From positions 620,001 through 684,000 of the forward strand of contig NC_134027.1 in assembly GCF_964204645.1 (NCBI RefSeq): a DNA stretch of 64,000 nucleotides. The letters are read 5' to 3'. The position numbers and the translations under genes were made by a program. The notes under the pieces were generated by a model. That model was given only the letters and a program-made list of their open reading frames with translations, did not search any database and had not been told where the DNA came from. Each line of letters opens with the position of its first letter. Position 1 is the first letter of the stretch. This DNA comes from Tubulanus polymorphus. Its lineage: Eukaryota; Animalia; Nemertea. Positions 48,701 to 62,445 of the stretch are shown here, piece by piece.

Positions 48701-50720
48701 GCTATAACAAAAACAACTGAGGAGGTCAATAGTCAACAGGATCTAATATTCGGTACTCTGCTATGCACTTAAAATGGACCTACGAAAATCCGAATACATC
48801 TCTACATTTCGTTTCATGTCTTGCGAGAAAATAGGAAAACCACACTATCAAAAAACGATGATGTCTTAAATGTGCAATGAACACCTTTAGGCAAATACTG
48901 ACCTTCAAATTCAAACATTGTATTTATAGATTAATAATACAACATACGATATACATCAATACACATAATTTAGTTATCGGGCCCATTGCAGGTCTACGCA
49001 ATCTGATATTATTTGAATATGTATTTATAAAGGAAGATGACGCGTTAACACGGTTGTTGATTGATAAGCGTGAGTCTATCTGGGTAACGGGTAATAATCC
49101 GCCACATAAACATCTAGCACTTCCAAATTTAATTTCATAACATGTTAATCGATGATTCTCATCTTGATTAAGAAAAACATATATCGATGTTACTATTTCT
49201 ACGGAGCACTAGATGATTGACGGTTATCCCTTCAAAGTGTACTATGAACGCCAGCGAAGCGCACGAATCATTTTAAGGATTGATAACTTGATATTTTGAT
49301 TCGAGGAGTACGAGTTGTTGATTAGATTCGAACCTCAGCCCATAGAGCAAAGACCATTGGCTAATTAAGGTCACGTGAAAATGGATAATTTATATTTAAC
49401 ATTAATTCAATGATTCTACATACATATATTCCTCAACACCTTTGTGAAAAAAATTATCCACGGGTTTCTAAAATATTGCATTTTTCCACTATTTGACAAT
49501 CTCTGCAGTATGCAATCCTTACTTCGAATTAAATACTACGATCAGAATTACAATTTCATAACCTTGTTTATCAACTCTAGGTGACAGTGACCAAATGATA
49601 ATTGAGAATAATAAAGAATATTGTTTCTGAAGTATACTTCAGAAACAATATTGCTTGGGGTATGTTTTCGATTGAATTCGATTAATTCGCCATATAAAAC
49701 AAAAGCGATCAGACCATTTTAGTACCCCGATAATACGGATTTAGGCACGGGTATTTGTGCGGGCATCATCATCTCCATATACACATGATAAATTATTGCT
49801 GGAGATTTATAATAAAAGTCAAAGCACTGATGCAGCATTGTAGTAAAGATTGACTGTTTATTTCCTGACGCCCGTTATTGCCTATAGGCCTACACAAGAA
49901 TGGAGATCAGATGAAATGAAGTCCTGTCATTCAACCAAACGGATATTCAATTAATTTCGTTAATAAAGAAGCAAACAAAACTAAAGAAATAAAATCATTT
50001 CTTTGACAGAATTTGAACTTGGACCTTGAATGCTTTGTTTTGCACACACCCAGCTACTAACAAAATAAACAACAGTCTGTATTGCCTATTGATTCATTGC
50101 GCATGTAGTGACGTCATTGTAGTGTATAATACTATTTCTCGTGGTTTTTATTGGGAGGTTGGAAAATAAATGCGCTTACACTCTGCAAATATGTTTTATA
50201 CTCTAGTCTATCAAGCATCAGAATTTGATAAAGTAACTTATCTATAATAATTGTGACTTTCATAATTACGGAACTTTGTTCCAGGTTTTGGAACCTAAAA
50301 TTTCGATTGTTATAATATGTTTAAAAAGATGTATAGTGTACAACCCACTGATTAATGAGGTTTCAATTTAGGTTTATATGCAGTGGACCTAATAATAGTA
50401 ATACAAAAGATAGAATAGTTTTTTTTGGAGTTTTTCTTTTGGATTCCGACATTCCATGTCAAAATGAGTTCCCGGAACTCACTGTTGCTGGGTTTTTGGA
50501 AACGCTTGCCATCGAGGATGGGAATTTGATTATACTGGTGTGCTTTTTGTGCAAATCAATGACATAATAACCCAACATCGCCAATTCTAAGCGGGCTTGA
50601 AAATGAGGTTAAGTGGTTCCCGTGGCTTCAATTCAAAGAAAACAGGTTTTCATCTACTTCAAATTTAAGCCGAAAACAGGGAAATTAACTGTATTTTCCT
50701 TATTTGTCGCATACATGCTT
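45728..50720. mobile_element. 4993-bp non-autonomous DNA transposon with 282-bp TIRs and 4-bp TSD (CTGT); possibly Sola2-like
   Basis: 45728-46009 is a near-perfect reverse complement of 50439-50720. CTGT occurs at 45724-45727 and 50721-50724, and the empty site is at about 38331. There is no long internal ORF. Confidence 0.92.
47760..48540 (-). mobile_element. Ancient CR1/L2-like LINE ORF2 fossil inside the 5-kb element
   Basis: YLSV...YQILVG...SLLEFRV*VSALGPYFS*LVFITD resembles GVPQGSVLGPLLF.IYIND. Further 3', FAPILNALP resembles the AP.LWNALP C-terminal motif. Confidence 0.4.
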
Positions 50721-51926
50721 CTGTAGAGATAGCATCATTAATATATGACTTCTACGATGATGACACTTAATCGAATTTGAATTTATTCCTAATTAGCATA
50801 ATTTATGCAAAACAGCTACTGCCCTCTATTTTCAAATTACAAATTGAAATAAGCGTGATTTATAAGAAAATAGTTTGGCGTAGTAGGCAGCGAACCGCTG
50901 GGCGGCGTTGACGGCAAAAACTGAAAATACAATCAAAGACAATGTTAAAAACCTGATCTGATTTGTATAGTGTAAGTAAATGGTTTTGGGGTTCGGACCG
51001 TCTGCCCACACGAGAACACCCGACCCTCGTGCTACTGCTGCATTTGACTGCTCGGTGCGTCTGAGGAGCCTTGATGGACAGAACACACCATTGATGGAAT
51101 AATGGTTAATCAGTCTAACCTCGTTAAAACTCTGTAAATGTGAGTTAAACTCATTGAAATTCCCTTATGTTTACCATGAGGTAACATTGAACTGGTTTTC
51201 CAGTTTTTCTCCACTCGTCTATAACGGGCTATCAATCAATATGGTCGAATGTGCAGAATGTTCCAGCTGATAAAAACTGGGTTCCAAAATAATCAGCCCT
51301 TTGCATGTGATGATGCGAACGATCAGGCTGGGTGCACCCTGGTATAGATTTGACGATGCAGTAATGTATGACGGACATTACCTGTCAGTAGCAGAAGCAG
51401 GGTTTAATATTCTATATATATAAATTTCGGTTTCAAGCTCAAGAATGATGACTTCAAACAGGCGTTTACGATAACTTACGTCAATCCCAGACATGGAAAT
51501 GTTAAAACGTTTTTGCTGTTGCTGCTGTTGTTGTTGTTGTTGTTGTTGTTTTTTTTCAGTTGTCTATAAAAGAGAAAACATATTCATACAATGACAAGAA
51601 ATAGGACGGACGCGAAATCAGAGTTTATCTAACAGTTTATCTCCAGGATGGATGTGGCTGTGAAATCAGACAGTTTATCTCTAGGACGGACACGCCTGTT
51701 AAATGTTGCCACTGGTTACCTCGAACACAAACTTACGTCGATCCCAGACATTGAAATATCAAAGCGTTGTTGTTGTTGTTTTTCAGTTCTGTTATTATAG
51801 GGGCTCAATGTTGAGGGCCCCACGCCCCGAGTTTTTTTCATTGCTTTTGGCATTATCTAGAAAAACAAGTAAAAATATTAAATCATTTGAAAATATATCA
51901 GTCAGTCTTATTCTGGTTCAATGAAC

Positions 51927-53192
51927 TAATTCTCTATATGATGCATTTAGGGGTCCAGGGACACCACATCCACTAATTCTCTATATGATGCATGTAGGGG
52001 TCCAGGGACACCACATCCACTAATTCTCTATATGGTGCATGTAGGGGTCCAGGGACACCACATCCACTAATTCTCTATATGGTGCATGTAGGGGTCCAGG
52101 GACACCACATCCACTAATTCTCTATATGGTGCATGTAGGGGTCCAGGGACACCACATCCACTAATTCTCTATATGGTGCATGTAGGGGTCCAGGGACACC
52201 ACATCCACTAATTCTCTATATGATGCATGTAGGTGTCCAGGGACACCACATCCACTAATTCTCTATATGGTGCATGTAGGGGTCCAGGAACACCACATCC
52301 ACTAATTCTCTATATGATGCATGTAGGGGTCCAGGGACACCACATCCACTAATTCTCTATATGATGCATGTAGGGGTCCAGGGACACCACATCCACTAAT
52401 TCTCTATATGGTGCATGTAGGGGTCCAGGGACACCACATCCACTAATTCTCTATATGGTGCATGTAGGGGTCCAGGGACACCACATCCACTAATTCTCTA
52501 TATGATGCATGTAGGGGTCCAGGGACACCACATCCACTAATTCTCTATATGGTGCATGTAGGGGTCCAGGGACACCACATCCACTAATCCTCTATATGGT
52601 GCATGTAGGGGTCCAGGGACACCACATCCACTAATTCTCTATATGATGCATGTAGGGGTCCAGGGACACCACATCCACTAATTCTCTATATGGTGCATGT
52701 AGGGGTCCAGGGACACCACATCCATAAATTCTCTATATGGTGCATGTAGGGGTCCAGGGACACCACATCCACTAATTCTCTATATGGTGCATGTAGGGGT
52801 CCAGGGACACCACATCCACTAATTCTCTGTATGGTGCATGTAGGGGTCCAGGGACACCACATCCACTAATTCTCTATATGGTGCATGTAGGGGTCCAGGG
52901 ACACCACATCCACTAATTCTCTATATGATGCATGTAGGGGACCAGGAACACCACATCCACTAATTCTCTATATGATGCATGTAGGGGTCCAGGGACACCA
53001 CATCCACTAATTCTCTATATGGTGCATGTAGGGGTCCAGGGACACCACATCCACTAATTCTCTATATGATGCATGTAGGGGTCCAGGGACACCACATCCA
53101 CTAATTCTCTATATGATGCATGTAGGGGTCCAGGGACACCACATCCACTAATTCTCTATATGGTGCATGTAGGGGTCCAGGGACACCACATC
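51927..53192. repeat. 47-bp minisatellite x27
   Basis: Same unit and same flanks as 34802-35268. Confidence 0.98.
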
Positions 53193-53194
53193 CT

Positions 53195-54290
53195 CTATTC
53201 TGTTTGGGGCATGGAGATTGCCCAGATTGCCTCTGCTAACAACAGACACCCATTCAACATTTCTCTTTGTGGTACTTTCTTCTTCCTCTTTTCTCTCATT
53301 TTACAAATTGATATTCAACTATGACCTTTTTTATTTTGATATGATGTTTATCTTTACATCATGGTTGCTGGAGATTGTACAAGGAATGACACAAGAAATA
53401 ATATCCTTAGTTTTAAACTCACAGCTGTTTGCAATTCTTTCATTTAATCACAGGTTCAATTGAAACGATGCATTCCTATACATATACGCAATCATATCTT
53501 TTTTCGAGTCATCATTCTCAGGGAAATTTGATCTGCACTCAGGTACAGTCTACTGGCTTGCCAGTTATCCTTTAACTTTTTTACAAAATTATCTTTTCAA
53601 AATGAATTACCATGAAAGCAGTAAATTTGAACTTGCCTTATCATAAGGGGTTTTTCTTTTACTCTTTGTTTTAGCTTTAGGTATCTTTGATTTGCTGGTG
53701 GTTTAAACATGCATGTCGAGGGAGCTCTCAATCCAGGAACAGTCAGCTCACAAGCAGCCCCTGCCCCAAAAGGTTTTGACATATTTTCAAAAGCTCTAGT
53801 TGTTCCGTAGAACCGAGAGCGGAACTCTGACTTGTTCCCCTCACTGTTGAGGTCTACTTTCTCTGATTCGCTGATTGGCTTCTCTTTGGTACATTTTGGA
53901 TGATCAAAAACTAGGAACTGTCATGCGTTTATTCATTTTGGTATATGTTAAAATTATTTTTCCAGTAAAGGCATATTAGGCACATCAAAACAAATCCGGA
54001 ATTGTCCCCGAACGAAGTGGCTCCCTCCACTCTCCATCAGTATGCCGGGCCACCACCTCTACCTCTCGGGCCACTCGATCACTCGCCAGCTTTTTGGCGA
54101 GTGAACGAGTGACCGCCCGAGATACGGATGGAGGAGCAGGACCCGCACCTGCCCCAGCCCCACCACCATCCCTCTTCGGCCTCTTCCTATTTATCCCATC
54201 CCCTTCCTCCCGATTACCTTCGTCAGCCGCACCATCCGCCGGGACCACTCTTGCTCCTCCTCCCGCGGAGCCACGACGACCGCAACTGGT
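53195..54290 (-). pseudogene. Decayed long exon of the orphan family
   Basis: ORF 53985-54320 matches 3577-3870 almost residue for residue, then continues with stops as in 35270-36060. Confidence 0.6.
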
Positions 54291-55196
54291 ACTTTTCGGT
54301 TTCTCATGGTTTCCCACCATCTTTCAAAAGAGAACTATCGATATATCATTAGCTACAAGGAAACTTTTTCAGGTCATTCATTCTTGTATTATTAGCATTT
54401 GATTCTCTATATATCGTCAGAACATGGACTCAGAGTGTTTCTTTAATGGTTAAGAATGTCTCTTTAACCAACATCCCCCTCGCCTGCTTCCTACATATCC
54501 CTTCCCTTTCCTCCTGATTACCTTTGATCCCCACTGCCTAGCAGCTAACAGCTGCTGCTATTTTATCTGGTTTACATGTTTTGCAAATAGTGTCTGTTAT
54601 GCTATAGTTGTTCTTTTAATTGTTTAACTTCTTCATCTGAAATTTCATTATTCTCATTTCAGTTTCACGCAGGAAATGGTTCATGAAAATCTGCATTGAG
54701 ACTGGGACGAAATGTGCATTGAGACGGATGAAATCTGCATGAACAGAGATATACTTTAAGATCCCCATTTTATCCATCGGAGTGAATGTACATCCACTAC
54801 TCACAGGTAGCAAACCTACAAACGCTAAACACTCATCCCTGGGCCCTGATTCAAAAATAAAAATAAAAGATTAAATTAAGAATTAACAATTTTATGAATC
54901 AGTGATCAGTTTCATAAAATAAGTCCTAAATTAATTTTAGGGGTTTATTATTTCATATTGAAATGAATTCTTCATGTTTATGCAATTCTCATCATCTTTC
55001 ATTGCAGCATTTATATATTCATTTTTAATCATACATGTGAAATATATAATGTATTTTCAGGGAAACGTAAACAAGAAAGGAAGGGAAGAAAGAGAAGGGA
55101 AGAAAGAGTTGGATGATTAATGCGCACTTATTCTCCATTCCGAATTCCTGTATTCGACTCTAGGTGATCATCATACGAACGAGATATAGAAAAAAA

Positions 55197-55440
55197 ACAT
55201 TACTGAAGTCATCTCTATTTTTTAGTCTCAATTTGTATTTCTAATTCAATTTACTAAGTGTGTAAGTCATCATTTGGAAGTGTAAGTCATCATTTGGATA
55301 AATCGTCACATTACTGAAGTCATCTCTATTTTTTAGTTGTAATTAGTATTTCTAATTCAATTTACTTATGTCAGTTATCATTTCGATAAATTGCCACATT
55401 ACTGAAGTCATCTTTATTTTGAAGTCTCAATTAGTATTCG
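55197..55440. repeat. ~90-110-bp tandem repeat x3
   Basis: CATTACTGAAGTCATCT at about 55198, 55309 and 55397. Confidence 0.85.
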
Positions 55441-57310
55441 GTTTACTTCAGATAACGTAATTTGGTTTAATCACAAGTCGTCAACATTATAATCAATGTA
55501 ACTACAGTGACTACATTATTGTCTTTTTATTGAGAAATTTATGTTAATTTTTGATTTCTGGGATAAATCAAAATTCAAATGTTATCATTTTTTGTATCAA
55601 AAATTGTAAAAAATTGAATAACTTGTGTGCTATTGAAACATTCAGTTATGGAGAGTTTTTAGCTCAGAAAACTTTGAGCCTGTTTATACAAGTGTTGTAG
55701 CAAGTGTTGAACAATTCAAAGATCATGTTTTTTATACTTTGTCATGTTAGAAAATATTTTTTCTGGTATATTGATGTTTCTAAAAAAACATATGATTCAA
55801 CTTTAAAAGGCCAACAAGCCTTCTAATAAAACTAGTTTGTCATATATATATATATATTACTTGTCAAGTCATTGTCAAGTTTTTTAAAAAATATTTTGGT
55901 TTTCTCAGCTTTCTCTGGTGGAAATTTCTTCGTGGAATTCCTCTTCTATACAAGTTCCTCCTCAGACTGTTTTTATGCGAGAGTTTATAACAACCGGATC
56001 CTCAGAAAATGGTCGGAGTGCCAAGTCTTCGATTTAAGATCACCAGTCTTATCTGAGACCATAAGTTCACTAGCAAGTTTCACTAGCGATTCCAACAGCT
56101 ATAGGATGGAACAGTATTATTATATAGGTCACCACTGTGCAATTGAGCCCAGATCATCAGAAAAAGATAGTGAAGATGTGATGGGATTCATTGAAAATTT
56201 TGCATATATAATTAATTCATTGAACGACTTAATTTGTATAATCTATTTTTTGGGAATTTTCGAATTTTTCATCAATAACTAGTATATATTTCTTTTCAAG
56301 TTGTGAGCGATCTAGTTCTCTGTCGACCCATTGAAAATGAATCGACTCTGAACTGTAGAACTGGACCCAGGGAACTGAATCTCGCGTGCCACAGCAAGAT
56401 ACAGAGCTCTTCAATGTATTAACCGTTAGGTGCTGCCCCTAAACAAATCAATAGCGGTAAATCTGTGAACTAACTTATAGCTCGCTTGCCAGAGTAGAAT
56501 CATACCGAGCTGTCTAAAATCTTGAACCGTCTAGTGCTGCCCCTCAATCGATATGTATCGGAAAAGTGAATTTATTACTCGCATGCCACAGTAGTTGTGT
56601 AGTTGGAACATCATGATAGACTCGTTTTTCTGTGCAGCTATAACGGGAGCTATTTCAGATCTGACAATGAATATAAACTCAATCACAGTTCGATAACAAA
56701 CGCCGCTGGGTGGAATTGATGTAAACAATTAATCGTGTTGAAATTGAATTTAGTTTAAGATATATTTTCGAGGTAGTTTTTATTTTCAAGCTGTTTACGT
56801 TCACTTCAAATGATGAAACGATGAAACCATATTAAATACATCCCTGTTTTAGTGGGGATTTTGAGTTTTGGTCCTTTCCGTATCTTCTAGAAACATCAAG
56901 TAGAAAGGCATTAACTGAACCCTATGTCTTTAACTTCAGGAGTCTATGGAGTTTTCGGATGCCTCTTTTCCTCACTTCTTGCATTCGTCACCATTAGAAA
57001 TCTGGACAAACTGAATTCAGTTCGACGAGGCCGAAGAACAGAAGACCAAAGAGTGATCTGCACTAGCCGCAGGGTTCGTGTTGGCTTGAATCGGTGGGAG
57101 GCAATCAAACCCCGACAGGGATAACTCTTCGGCGGGGCGTGATCGCGTGAATAGCCCAAACTAAACCTTCAGAGTTCACTGTACTACAGCATACAACATC
57201 TGATAACTTGCATAATAAAGCGCGGCGTGCATGAAAAGAATTGTATAAATGCGGGCAAGATTCCGTGCCGGAGTGGAGGTATTCCATACACTGGTAGGTG
57301 AGTCGGAGCA

Positions 57311-59225
57311 TAGACTGTTTGCCTGTCCCATAGACTGGTTGCCGGTCTCTACCTTCAGTTAGAGACCGGTTGATCCCATCCTCCATTTTACATTTTCCAT
57401 GCATGTCAAACATGTCAGTATCGAGTTACTTCCGGGTTAAAATGGCGTCTCATCGAATAAGCGAAACTAGGAGTAATATCAAAATCGCGCTGGAATGATT
57501 GATTACAGTAAATCAGCTGATTATCTATGAATCATAAATGTAAACAGCAAACAAAAGGAAATTTAAAGACCGAAGAATAGGCATTAATTGCTGTAAGTAT
57601 CGAAATAATCCGCTGATATTTACTCGGAATTCAAACTGACAACTGAATTGATACTTATTCATTTTGTAGGTAAGAAAAAGGGCTCAGCCGCGATAGTCAT
57701 TCTGAAGGAACTTGGCCGAAGGGGGACATGCTTTCTTTATAAACCGTATGTGAAATATATTCAGTGAATTGTTTTGTTTATGACGTGAAAATCACTAAAG
57801 TCTGAATAAAGTTTACAATAGTTGAACTCCTTTGTCAGTGTTTTGCGAGATCAGATATTTGGATCCACTGCAGCATCTTCACTTATATTGTCGATACAGA
57901 CAATGAGTTGGGACAGACTTGGGTAAGACCAATAATTCAGATCATCTGGATATTCAAAATATTTTCCTCTCCTCATGGACCAACATGATTTTTGCTAGAA
58001 ATTGAGTATAAAATCCATCAAGAAAAACTCTTTTTTACTGCCATTCTATATTTATTGTCCACTTCTAGTACAAAATCTAATTCAATATAAAGACAGCCTG
58101 ACAAGACGATACATATTTTGTGACATTGCAAATTGTGTGACAACAGAATGACTCTGATATCTCTAACTTAACTCGAATCACAAAGACCAAGTCTTGACCA
58201 GACAGTAGGTCTAAATCCATGCTCGCTCGTGTAGTTATTCATAAATTCCAGCTCTTTAAACCTCATCATCTCAGAATCAAGGAGTTTCATCGTTATTTGG
58301 AATCTAATTTCATGACGATTAGAGCTGGATTCGTTAATCTCTTTGATTCGTGATTGACGTTACTTTCTGAAATTGAATCAATACACATATCACCAACAAT
58401 TAAACCTGGATTGACTTTTCAATTCATGTCCCATCCATTTTTCAAACTTACCATGATACAACGACAATTCATTCTGTGCACGTTGAGCTCATTCAATTTA
58501 ATATTGAGTTGTATCTCAGAAAATCTTCATCAGAACACACACAATGACCTACAAATAGACAATCAACAGAATATTTATAAATAAGTATTCATTTACTGTT
58601 CACAAGTTTTAAAAGACATTGTCATTGAAGTGAAGTTACCTGTCGTATAATATTTTCACCACACTGTCATTGGGGGTCACTGAAATTGACTGCTAATGTC
58701 CAGTGTCACATTCAGAATAATCAATCAATCATCTTAAGTGAACTGACAAATTGCCGGTGTCGTGGCCTCTGCTGCATGGCTGTTTCAGTTCAGTACGTCA
58801 GTCAGTGGAGATTGGTTTTTCCATCTCAAGTTCGTTGTTGTTGTCGATTGACGACAGTTCATTCGAGCAGGGTAGATTTTGACGGCGCTGTAACGGAGAC
58901 ATCTTGAATTGTATATCGATATTTTCGAAGCCACACGTAGTACAGGTGCCCGCAGAAAGGTTACCTGATAGTTTTGGTCGAGTTTCTTTCTTCATTGGTG
59001 TAAAAATCGACTTTTAAGCGGTCCATGGAACGTAAATCGAGACACTCTGGATGCGGCCATGTTACATTGTACACGTGATGAAATACTGAAATCTGATTGG
59101 ATCCGTACATTCCGTGGAAGATGGCGGACGGGTTAAACCTGTCCTATTCTGACTGCGCATGCAGGTGGCGCAGAATTGGACAGGCGACCAGTCTACCTGT
59201 CCCATAGAGACCGGTAACCAGTCTA
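57311..59225. other. Cassette copy 2, with 21-bp inverted ends
   Basis: TAGACTGGTTGCCGGTCTCTA (57331) versus TAGAGACCGGTAACCAGTCTA (59205-59225), one mismatch; colinear with 23510-26136. Confidence 0.75.
58798..58995 (-). CDS. Putative small CxxC peptide (MKKETRPKLSGNLSAGTCTTCGFENI...)
   Basis: N-terminus conserved with 24973-25137. Confidence 0.3.
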   Translation of the reverse strand: MKKETRPKLSGNLSAGTCTTCGFENIDIQFKMSPLQRRQNLPCSNELSSIDNNNELEMEKPISTD

Positions 59226-60471
59226 GCCACCTCACGATCAGTCTACATTGAAAAACCATTACTGAAATATGGTTGACGGAAATATTCATTTTATATCAGA
59301 TTCTGAAATATTTTCCCATATTGATTACAAAATTTTTCATTATCTTAATAAGATAAATCTGCAAAAGCTCAACAATTTGAATTAGTGAAAACCGATGTGC
59401 GAAGTCGTCAATTCAGTAGCCTGATAGAGCCCGGTAACCAGTCTAACTGTCAATGTTCATTGCGCGGGAATGAACGGGCAACCAGTCTACGATGAAAAAT
59501 CATTTCTGAAAAATTATGAACGGAGATATTCATTTTACTTTGAATTTTGAATTATCTTATAAAACTGACAGCCATATTAACCAAAGTATTAATAGTAAAT
59601 CTGATAAAATCTAATACCGGTTTTAGAATAGGTGAAAACTGATTTATGTGATGCCGTCGGTTCAGAAGACTGATCCGTAGAATCGTTCGCCACTTTCTTC
59701 CGGTCCACTTACTTCCGCGTTTGTGATTTACATACAAGTAGTTTGAATGTTAAATGTATGAAGCCGCGTGTTGATTGGTTGAGGTCAGTGCGGTTTACTG
59801 AACGATGACCAGCTGTCAGCAGATCGAATCATTCGTTTCACAGACATTACGACGTAAGTATATCTTACATCTTTGATCAAAAATTGTTGTGAAAAAACTC
59901 AAAACTAAGGCCTCTATAAATGATCGATTGACTTTAAATGATTACTTTAGCACAGCTCTTGTAGACAATGATTAGGTGTCATAGTAGTTTAGCTCGAAAG
60001 TGCACATATAAGGTTAATTTTCATCCCTTATTTAGAGACCGAGGTATTGAGCGTCCATTTCAGCCCTTAAAACATCATCAACCTACCTCAAACTGACTGT
60101 TTTTAAATCCAGCAATAGTTACCTAACTATTGACTCATCATGGATTCGATTCAAAAACAATTTTTGATGATCATAGTGATTCGAAACATTTGAATTTTTG
60201 AAAAACGCGAATGCTAAACGACAGATCCGGACTTCGATTGTGGCCCAATGGCAGAGTTGATTTTTTTATTTGGAATTTGAAGATATAAATCACTGAAATC
60301 AATTGGTTTTGCCACCAAAATTAAAATTAAGAAGAATTTAGGATGGAGATGTTTGATTTTCATTTTGTCGAAATGCCGATTTAAAAATTAATTTGATTGA
60401 ATCAAATTAATGAATTCATCATTTCACGATATTATAGATAATCAAAATGTGAATATGAAATCACCTTTTCA

Positions 60472-61945
60472 ATCGCTGTTTTTGGGTAAGATCGCAGTTT
60501 TTAGGTTAGATCGCTGTTTTGTGGTTAGATCACTGTTTTTGGTTAGATTGCTGTTTTGTGTTAGATCGCTGTTTTGTGTTAGATCGCAGTTTTTAGGTTA
60601 GATCGCAGTTTTTGGGTTAGACCGCAGTTTTTTTGTGAGATCGCAGGTTTTAAGTTAGATCACAGTTTTTAGGTTAGATTGCTGTTTTGTGATAGATCAC
60701 TGTTTTTGTGTTAGATCGCAGTTTTGTGTTAGATCGCTGTTTTAGGTTAGATCACAGTTTTTAGGTTACATTGCAGTTTTTAGGTTTGACCGCAGTTTTT
60801 TTGTTAGATCGCAGTTTTTAAGTTAGATCACAGTTTTAGGTTAGATCGCAGTTTTGTGTTAGATCACTGTTTTAGGTTAGATCGCTGTTTTTAGGTTACA
60901 TTGCAGTTTTTAGGTTTGACCGCAGTTTTTTTGTTAGATCGCAGTTTTTAAGTTAGATCGCTGTTTTGGGTTAGATCGCAGTTTTTGTGTTAGATCGCTG
61001 TTTTTGGGTTAGATCGCAGTTTTGTGTTAGATCGCTGTTTTAGGTTAGATCACAGTTTTTAGGTTACATTGCAGTATTTATGTTAGACCGCAGTTTTTTT
61101 GTTAGATCGCAGTTTTTAAGTTAGATCGCTGTTTTGGGTTAGATCGCAGTTTTTGTGTTAGATCGCTGTTTTTGGGTTAGATTGCTGTTTTGTGTTAGAT
61201 CGCTGTTTTGTGTTAGATCGCTGTTTTAGGTTAGATCGCAGTTTTTAGGTTAGATCGCAGTTTTTGGGTTAGACCGCAGTTTTTTTGTGAGATCGCAGTT
61301 TTTAAGTTAGATCGCTGTTTTGGGTTAGATCGCAGTTTTTGTGTTAGATCGCTGTTTTTGGGTTAGATTGCTGTTTTTGTGTTAGATCGCTGTTTTAGGT
61401 TAGATCACAGTTTTTAGGTTACATTGCAGTTTTTGGGTTAGACCGCAGTTTTTTTGTTAGATCGCTGTTTTGGGTTAGATCACAGTTTTGTGTTAGATCG
61501 CTGTTTTTGGGTTAGATCACGGTTTTTGTGTTAGATAGCTGTTTTTAGGTTAGATTGCTGTTTTTGGGTTAGATCGCTGTTTTTGTGTTAGATCGCTGTT
61601 TTTGGGTTAGATCGCTGTTTTGGGTTAGATCACAGTTTTTGGGTTAGATCGCTGTTTTGGGTTAGATCACAGTTTTTGTGTTAGATCGCTGTTTTTGGGT
61701 TAAATTGCTGTTTTTGTGTTAGATCATTGTTTTTTGTGTTAGATCGCAGTTTTTAGGTTAGATCGCAATTTTTTGTGTAAGATCGCAGTTTTTACTAGAT
61801 TAGATCACTGTTAGATCACTGTTTTTGGGTTAGCTCGCTGTTTTTGAGTTAGATCGATGTTTTTAGGTTAGATCGCTGTTTTTGTGTTAGATCGATGTTT
61901 TTGGGTTAGCTCGCTGTTTTTGAGTTAGATCATTGTTTTTTGTGT
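60472..61945. repeat. ~19-20-bp satellite (GTTAGATCGCWGTTTTTRG) x~75 with higher-order blocks
   Basis: Directly visible; the diagnostic variant pair TTACATTGCAG...GACCGCAG recurs near 60767, 60897, 61064 and 61419. Confidence 0.97.
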
Positions 61946-61996
61946 TTTTGTCAATCATCATATCAAGATTTGCAATCCCAGTTGCCTTCACGTTTC

Positions 61997-62245
61997 ATAT
62001 AGAGAAATAGTGGATGTGGTGTCCCTGGACCCCTACATGCACCATATAGAGAATTAGTGGATGTGGTGTCCCTGGACCCCTACATGCACCATACAGAGAA
62101 TTAGTGGATGTGGTGTCCCTGGACCCCTACATGCACCATATAGAGAATTAGTGGATGTGGTGTCCCTGGACCCCTACATGCACCATATAGAGAATTAGTG
62201 GATGTGGTGTCCCTGGACCCCTACATGCACCATATAGAGAATTAG
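61997..62245 (-). repeat. 47-bp minisatellite x~5, inverted copy
   Basis: Reverse complement of the 34802 array with the same flank. Confidence 0.95.
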
Positions 62246-62314
62246 TTCACTGAACCAGAATAAGACTGACTGATATATTTTCAAATGATTTAATATTTTT
62301 ACTTGTTTTTCTAG

Positions 62315-62380
62315 AATATGCCAAAAGCCATAAAAAAAACACGGGGCACGGGCCCCTCACATTCGAGCCCGTATAATAAA
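62315..62380 (+). CDS. 66-nt MPKA exon paralog (NMPKAIKKTRGTGPSHSSPYNK)
   Basis: TTTTCTAG acceptor, GTAAGT donor, open frame, homologous to 34318-34383. Confidence 0.55.
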
Positions 62381-62445
62381 GTAAGTACAAATTTACTGCT
62401 TCCATGCTTATTTATTCATCCAATACTTAGTATTTTGTACCCCTG

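Noticed and set aside
49320-49368. tRNA gene (minus-strand A-box-like and GGTTCGAATC B-box motifs)
   Set aside because: No cloverleaf or acceptor stem; at most a decayed SINE head.
55872-56282. 136-aa ORF as a protein-coding gene
   Set aside because: TTG start, no recognisable domain, and no paralog in the window to test for constraint.
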